Of a stretch of 64,000 bases of DNA, positions 58,545-64,000 are shown in pieces. The position numbers and the translations under genes are program-made. The DNA comes from Planctomycetota bacterium (lineage in GTDB: Bacteria; Planctomycetota; Brocadiia; JAADGH01). Position 1 is the stretch's first letter; the number at the start of each line of letters is the position of its first letter. The notes under the pieces are model-generated. The model had not been told where the DNA came from. It saw only the letters and a program-made list of their open reading frames with translations, and made no database searches. The stretch spans positions 128,001-192,000 of the forward strand of contig JBFMAD010000006.1 of assembly GCA_040755855.1 (NCBI GenBank), read 5' to 3'.

Positions 58545-58760
58545 TCTGTGTGTACGCACAAGTGCGCAGTGCGGATTGCGGAGTGAGGAGCGATGGAGTA
58601 TGGGTATGTGGGCGTGTGGGAGCATGGGGATGCGGCAGTGCTGGAACATCTCGTCGGCAGAAAAAGAAAAATGCTGCGTACATTTTTCGGGGATTTACCG
58701 CATCCGGGCCACCGACATGGAAAAAACGGCTGTAGGGTGGGCCTCTGGCCCACCAAAACG

Positions 58761-61700
58761 CTATAAATCAATCTCCTTCTGCCCCGTCTTCTTCCGCCGC
58801 TTGCCCTTCGACCCTTTCCGTGCCTTGCCCGAGACATCACGATCTGGCGTAGGGCTTGGCCCCCTATCTTGGCTCCCCTCCACAATTGCAATCTCCTCCT
58901 CCGTCAGCCCGTAGAGATCATAGACGAGGCGATCAATCCCGCTGTCGAGTTCGTTGCATGTGCGCTCGTAGTAGGCCTTGTCGCTGTCGGTTTTGGCCTT
59001 CGCCAACCGCTTCTTCGCTTCCATTATCTGGCCCACCTTTGCAACTATCTTACCATGCGCAGACTTGTCCTTGGTCTCGGAGAAGTTAATCGGGCGGAAT
59101 GGAAGTCGTGAAAGGAACTGGCGATTGGCGGACATCCAGCCCCCGCGGAACGGAGCACTGATAAAGGGAAAATACCATGCCAGCAGCCGGGAGTTCAGCA
59201 GCGCGAGCAGGTAGGCGAAACCTTGATCTCGGTACGCCGGCTTCAATGTAACGCCGCCGACATCCACATTGTCCAGGAAATGATCGCCACCCGCATCCCA
59301 CGCGGCATGGAGCCGACTCACCAGACGGGGGACGCAGAGCTTGACCCGGGACTGGATGCCCAAGTTCTGGTTTCGGCCAAAGCGATACCATTCGCGATCA
59401 TTGAATTGACCATGTTCCCGTTCGGCCAGTCGCATCTTGTTTTTCAGCAAGTATGCGGCTGTCTTTGGATACCGTTTCTCTATGGCGTCGAAATCCAGAA
59501 GCTCGGCCCGTTCATTGGAGACGCGGTATGGGAAGATGATGTATTGACGCCGCGGCAATTCGCCGTAGCCGAGCACGTCGGTCCCGCTGACCAGAGGATG
59601 AAGCAGTCCCTTCTCCAGCGTGCGTTCCGCGCCGAGTATCTTGGAGCGCAGCCGGAGCGTGCGGCGCTTCTCATCCACCGCATCAAGTATGAAGACATCA
59701 TCGGCGCTGGTCTGAAGTCCAACGAAGATGTCCGCCACGTCGCCAAGTTTTAGCGGCGTCTTGCGGAGGCGTTCGCAGAGCAAGGCATGCCGGCCAACAG
59801 TAAAACCCCATTCTGTGCCGGTAAACTCATGGGCCGCGACGGTGCCTTCCTCAGCACCGTTGCCTTTCTGCCACGCATCCAAGTCGGTGACCTTGACGTA
59901 CCGGCACGTGCCAGCTCCCCCTTTGTCCAGGAACAATAGGCACGTGTACGTTGTCGCGCCCTCAAAGATTTGTTGGGCCCCAAAGTGAACGATATGAGAG
60001 ACGTGCTGTCCTTGTGACAGTAGCTGGCGAAGCGGCCAGCCGTACTGCGAGTTGAAGAACTTGTGTGGCAGGATGTACCCGAGTTTGCCGCGGGGATTCA
60101 GCAAAGACAGGGCCCGTTCCACGAACACGACATAAATGTCGTAGTTGCCTTTGCTGGCAGCCCCGTAGTGACTGCTCAAGTACTCCACCGAAACTGGTGA
60201 GGTCTTCTGTAGGATTTGGATCCGGATGTACGGGGGATTGCCGATTATGGCGTCGAAGCCGCCGCGCTTCATGGCATCGGGAAATGCATACTGGAAATTC
60301 ATGGGATTGAGTTTGCGCTCATCGTGGTTGGCGAATTCGAACTTGCCGTTGAGAATGTCCCTCCCGATGAGCGAGTTGCCGCAGATGATGTTCCTGCTGA
60401 GGTCGGGCAGCAGCCTTTTCATGTCCGCGACGTGCTGGAACTCAAGCAGGTACTGCTGCGCGGTCGCTTCCGTCTCTTCCTCAAGCAGTCTCAGGTAGAG
60501 GGATAGCTGACAGACTTCGACCGCCTGGGCGTCAATGTCCACGCCATAGATGTTGTTGAGCAGGATTTCGCGTCTCTTGGCAAGCGAGGGATAGAGCTTA
60601 CCGTCGCGCTCGATGCAGTCGCCTTCGCGGGCCTTGTCCGGATGGTCGTTGTAGTATTGGCCGTGGTACTTGAGCAACCGGTCGAACGCCCCGAGGAGAA
60701 ACGAGCCGCTGCCACAGGCGATGTCGGCAAAGCGCATCTCGGCGATCTCCTCCGGGGTCTTGCCGTCAATGAGTTTGCCGATGGTGTTTTCGACGATGTA
60801 ACGGACGATGTACTCGGGGGTGTAATAGACGCCGCCGGCCTTGCGGACCTCGGGTTTTTCCTCCACCCTGACCCGCTTGGGTGTGGCGACGATGACCTTG
60901 CCGAGGAAGCGCTCATAGATTGATCCGAGGATGTGGATCGGGATGGCGTTGAAGTCGTAGGGAGATTCGGCATGTGCGAGGCTATTGCAGATGTCCGCGA
61001 AGGCGTCCTCGTCCACATGAAAGCTGTTGCTGTCCAGGATATCGTGCTCCCTATACACGATGCCGTTGTAGATGCCGTCCAGGCGACGGCTCGCCGCAAT
61101 GAAGTCTTCCCATGGAGCACCTTTTCCGGCGAACTTTTGCACGCGGCGCGACGGTTCGATGCCCTTGTCTTCGAGAAAACGGAGGAAAACGAGCCGGTCC
61201 AGGGTGCGCTGGGTGAGTTCGGTCAGTGTTTCGCTGTCGAGCTTTGGGTTACGCTTCTTGAAGCTCTGGGCGAGTTCCGCGCGGTATCCGTCGAGTTCGG
61301 CAAGGAAGGATTCGTCAATGCTCTGATAGCCGCCTGGGAACATCCCGCGTTGCCTCGCTTTGCCCCGGGGCTTAGGGAGTTCCTTGGCAAACTTCTCCAG
61401 CGACCCGGTATCGACGGCCTCATGGGAGAAAAGCCAGTAGATTTTCGCGAACTTCTCGCGGTCGGCGTAGTCGCTGTAGTGGTAGGTGTCAACGGCTCGG
61501 TTGAGCACGTTGTCAATATCGGGTTTATAACGGCAATCAAGGACGTGGAACTGCTCGAAATCGGTGAGGACGGCGAGCGGGGTTTCGCTATTCCATCCGT
61601 AGCGGATCAATTGAAAGTAGTTCTCCTTCGTTGCGATTTCAACCGAAGGTTTCTTCGCCTCGACGAAGAAGCGGACGTCGTGAAAATTGGGCGCAAGATA

Positions 61701-61949
61701 GAAGGCGTAGTCTGCCCGGCGCTGTGCTGCACCGATTGCGACGCCTCGCTCGACCTTGACTTCCTGCTCGTAGGGGTTGGTCTGTTGCTCGTAGTTCACG
61801 TCCCAGCCGAGGGCGATCCAGAACTTGTCAATAAACTCCTTCCGTGCGTGGGCTTCTGCGTAGTGGGCGGATTTGTAGTGGCGCTCGTTCTGCTTAAACG
61901 ATTTAACGAGGTCGCGAATTTGCTTGAAAGCTGTGTCAAAGGCGGACAT
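58761..61949 (-). CDS. Type IIG (Eco57I-like) restriction endonuclease / N6-adenine methyltransferase fusion
   Basis: ADYAF..VEAKK nuclease, GVYYTP, DIACGSGSFL, IIGNPPY, C-terminal specificity domain. Confidence 0.9.
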   Translation of the reverse strand: MSAFDTAFKQIRDLVKSFKQNERHYKSAHYAEAHARKEFIDKFWIALGWDVNYEQQTNPYEQEVKVERGVAIGAAQRRADYAFYLAPNFHDVRFFVEAKKPSVEIATKENYFQLIRYGWNSETPLAVLTDFEQFHVLDCRYKPDIDNVLNRAVDTYHYSDYADREKFAKIYWLFSHEAVDTGSLEKFAKELPKPRGKARQRGMFPGGYQSIDESFLAELDGYRAELAQSFKKRNPKLDSETLTELTQRTLDRLVFLRFLEDKGIEPSRRVQKFAGKGAPWEDFIAASRRLDGIYNGIVYREHDILDSNSFHVDEDAFADICNSLAHAESPYDFNAIPIHILGSIYERFLGKVIVATPKRVRVEEKPEVRKAGGVYYTPEYIVRYIVENTIGKLIDGKTPEEIAEMRFADIACGSGSFLLGAFDRLLKYHGQYYNDHPDKAREGDCIERDGKLYPSLAKRREILLNNIYGVDIDAQAVEVCQLSLYLRLLEEETEATAQQYLLEFQHVADMKRLLPDLSRNIICGNSLIGRDILNGKFEFANHDERKLNPMNFQYAFPDAMKRGGFDAIIGNPPYIRIQILQKTSPVSVEYLSSHYGAASKGNYDIYVVFVERALSLLNPRGKLGYILPHKFFNSQYGWPLRQLLSQGQHVSHIVHFGAQQIFEGATTYTCLLFLDKGGAGTCRYVKVTDLDAWQKGNGAEEGTVAAHEFTGTEWGFTVGRHALLCERLRKTPLKLGDVADIFVGLQTSADDVFILDAVDEKRRTLRLRSKILGAERTLEKGLLHPLVSGTDVLGYGELPRRQYIIFPYRVSNERAELLDFDAIEKRYPKTAAYLLKNKMRLAEREHGQFNDREWYRFGRNQNLGIQSRVKLCVPRLVSRLHAAWDAGGDHFLDNVDVGGVTLKPAYRDQGFAYLLALLNSRLLAWYFPFISAPFRGGWMSANRQFLSRLPFRPINFSETKDKSAHGKIVAKVGQIMEAKKRLAKAKTDSDKAYYERTCNELDSGIDRLVYDLYGLTEEEIAIVEGSQDRGPSPTPDRDVSGKARKGSKGKRRKKTGQKEIDL

Positions 61950-62037
61950 ATGTGTGTGCATCCCTTGCCTTCTTCCTCCTCTTGAACCCGATCAAGTCCC
62001 GTTTTTCCTCCGCGTCTTTGCGCCTCTGCGTGAGATC

Positions 62038-63141
62038 CTACAGCTTCAGCTCATGGCATTTCATGCGGAAGGTGTCGGCGACGGCTTTGTAGGTGATCTT
62101 GCCGTCGGCGACGTTGACGCCGCGGAGGATGGCGGGGTTGTCCTTCGCCGCCTTCTGCCATCCCTTGTTTGCGATCTGGATGGCATAGGGGAGCGTGACG
62201 TTCGTCAGGGCGTAGGTGGACGTTCGACCCACCGCGCCGGGCATGTTCGTCACGCAGTAGTGCAGGACCTTGTGGACCTTATACGTCGGCTTCCGGTGCG
62301 TGGTGGGCCGGCTGGTCTCGATGCAGCCGCCCTGGTCAATGGCCACGTCCACGATCACGGCGCCGGGTTTCATCGTCCCGACCATCTCCTTAGTCACGAG
62401 CCGCGGGGCCCGCGCGCCGACGACGAGGACCGCGCCGATGAGGAGGTCCGCCTCGGCCACCTTTGCGCGGAGGTTCTCGGCGTTGGACATGAGGGTGATG
62501 ACGTTCTTCGGGAGGATGTCGTCGAGGTAGCGGAGCCGATCCAGGTTCACGTCCAGGATGATGACCCGCGCGCCAAGCCCCGCCGCCACCTTCGCGGCAT
62601 TGGTGCCGACGACGCCACCGCCGATGATGACGACCTCCGCCGGGGCGACGCCGGGCACGCCGCCGAGGAGGATGCCGCGCCCTTCCATCGGGCGTTCGAG
62701 GTATTTCGCGCCCTCCTGGATGGCCATGCGTCCGGCGACCTCGCTCATGGGGGTGAGGAGGGGATGGGTGCCGTCGTCGAGGCTGATGGTCTCATAGGCG
62801 ATGGCGGTGATGCCCGTTTTCATCATGGCCTTCGTGAGCGGGCGCGAGGCGGCGAAGTGGAAGTAGGTAAAGACGGTCTGGTCCTTCCGGAGCAGGCGAT
62901 ATTCCGGCGGCAACGGCTCCTTGACCTTGACGATCATTTCGGCCTTCTTATAGACCTCCTTGGCGGAGGCGATCTTTGCCCCGGCTTTCTTGTATTCCGC
63001 GTCTGCGATGCCGCTTCCCTCACCGGCTCGGGTCTCGACGAGGACCTTGTGCCCGGCCTTGCGCATCTCCTCGACGCCGACGGGGATCATGGCCACGCGG
63101 TATTCGTCCTGCTTGATCTCTTTCGGGACACCGATAATCAT
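62038..63141 (-). CDS. ald: Alanine dehydrogenase
   Basis: [36 protein letters not shown]. Confidence 0.96.
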   Translation of the reverse strand: MIIGVPKEIKQDEYRVAMIPVGVEEMRKAGHKVLVETRAGEGSGIADAEYKKAGAKIASAKEVYKKAEMIVKVKEPLPPEYRLLRKDQTVFTYFHFAASRPLTKAMMKTGITAIAYETISLDDGTHPLLTPMSEVAGRMAIQEGAKYLERPMEGRGILLGGVPGVAPAEVVIIGGGVVGTNAAKVAAGLGARVIILDVNLDRLRYLDDILPKNVITLMSNAENLRAKVAEADLLIGAVLVVGARAPRLVTKEMVGTMKPGAVIVDVAIDQGGCIETSRPTTHRKPTYKVHKVLHYCVTNMPGAVGRTSTYALTNVTLPYAIQIANKGWQKAAKDNPAILRGVNVADGKITYKAVADTFRMKCHELKL

Positions 63142-63154
63142 CCGCACACCCTCC

Positions 63155-64000
63155 CTATGGTTCGTCTTGTTTCCGCTTTGGGACGTAAACGCAACAGGTT
63201 TCTTCCGCCAGGTAATCGCCGGTCTTCGCGTGCGCCCTTGCGCGGCATCCGCCGCAGACAGCCTTGTATTCGCACATGCCGCACTTGCCCTTGTAGGCGG
63301 ACAGGTCGCGAAGGTCGTGGAAGATTTTAGACTCTCGCCAGGCTGTACTCAAGCCCTCTTTTCGCACATTTCCGCAGTCGAGCTCGAGGTAGCCGCAGGG
63401 CTGGATTCGGCCGGAATGGGATATGAAGCAGAAGGACTTCCCGCCGAGGCAGCCGCGCGTGACGGCGTCGAGGCCGTGGGTCTCCATCGTGACCTTGCGG
63501 CCCTCGGCCCTGGCGCGCTGGCGGAGGATGCGGTAGTACTGGGGCGCGCAGGTGACCTTGATCTGGAGGGGGACCTTCTGGTCGTAGATCCAGTTGAGCG
63601 TCTCCTCGTATTTTTCGGCGGAGATTTCGACGCCCTTCAGGTTCTCGCCCCGGCCCACGGGGACGAGCATAAAGATGTGATGGGCGACCGCCCCGAGTTC
63701 GACGGCAAGGCGCAGCAGCCCGGGCAGTTGGTCGAGGTTCTGCATCGTGAGTGAACTGTTGATCTGGAATTCGAGACCCGCCTCCTTCGCGGCCTCGATG
63801 CCGTGCATGGAGCCTTCGAATGCGCCGGGCATCCGGCGGAACTTGTCGTGGACCTTGGCATCGCAGCCGTCGAGGCTGACGCTGATCCGCTTGATGCCGG
63901 CCTTGACGCAACGGCGGGCGATGGGGGCGTCGAGGAGCGTGCCGTTGGTGGCCATGACCATGCGGAGGCCGTTCTGCGTCCCGTAGGAGGCGATGTTGAA
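63155..64000 (-). CDS. ahbD: Radical SAM/SPASM heme b synthase-like protein, C-terminal part (runs off window)
   Basis: [39 protein letters not shown], CxxCx5CxxC SPASM. Confidence 0.75.
   Translation of the reverse strand, partial: FNIASYGTQNGLRMVMATNGTLLDAPIARRCVKAGIKRISVSLDGCDAKVHDKFRRMPGAFEGSMHGIEAAKEAGLEFQINSSLTMQNLDQLPGLLRLAVELGAVAHHIFMLVPVGRGENLKGVEISAEKYEETLNWIYDQKVPLQIKVTCAPQYYRILRQRARAEGRKVTMETHGLDAVTRGCLGGKSFCFISHSGRIQPCGYLELDCGNVRKEGLSTAWRESKIFHDLRDLSAYKGKCGMCEYKAVCGGCRARAHAKTGDYLAEETCCVYVPKRKQDEP

Noticed and set aside
57848..58760. Short ORFs in the repeat patch
   Set aside because: Translations of low-complexity repeats; no RBS or domain evidence

Overview
GC-rich bacterial chromosomal window, probably from an anaerobic Planctomycetota-like organism (inferred from gene content, not confirmed). 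It is mostly housekeeping and metabolic DNA. In order: a hydrogenase-associated regulatory cluster (DRTGG, kinase-FeS fusion, DRTGG, PHP, HATPase), a NagB-deacetylase fusion, a PAS kinase / sigma54 regulator pair, glycan-use genes, hemB, argS, larC, nadD, aroF, HU, coaX, obgE, rpmA, rplU, an RNase E/G gene, a type IV pilus pilMNO(P)Q operon, dnaA-hpf-ptsN-ptsH-ptsI, a corrinoid protein, a VIT-vWA protein, a GT4, a repeat-flanked type IIG restriction-modification gene, ald and a partial ahbD. No rRNA, tRNA or CRISPR array was seen. The most interesting signals are non-coding or small-ORF. (1) aroF has TWO tandem Phe/Tyr/Trp-rich leader peptides: a probably leaderless one upstream of an intrinsic terminator, and a second that overlaps the aroF start and can sequester its RBS, suggesting a two-tier attenuator. 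(2) A candidate ~120-nt sigma54-dependent sRNA. (3) A c-di-GMP-I riboswitch with a large P3 insertion and predicted OFF logic ahead of pilM. (4) A dense patch of palindromes and short-period repeats beside the RM gene. All family assignments are by eye from motifs; no searches were run.
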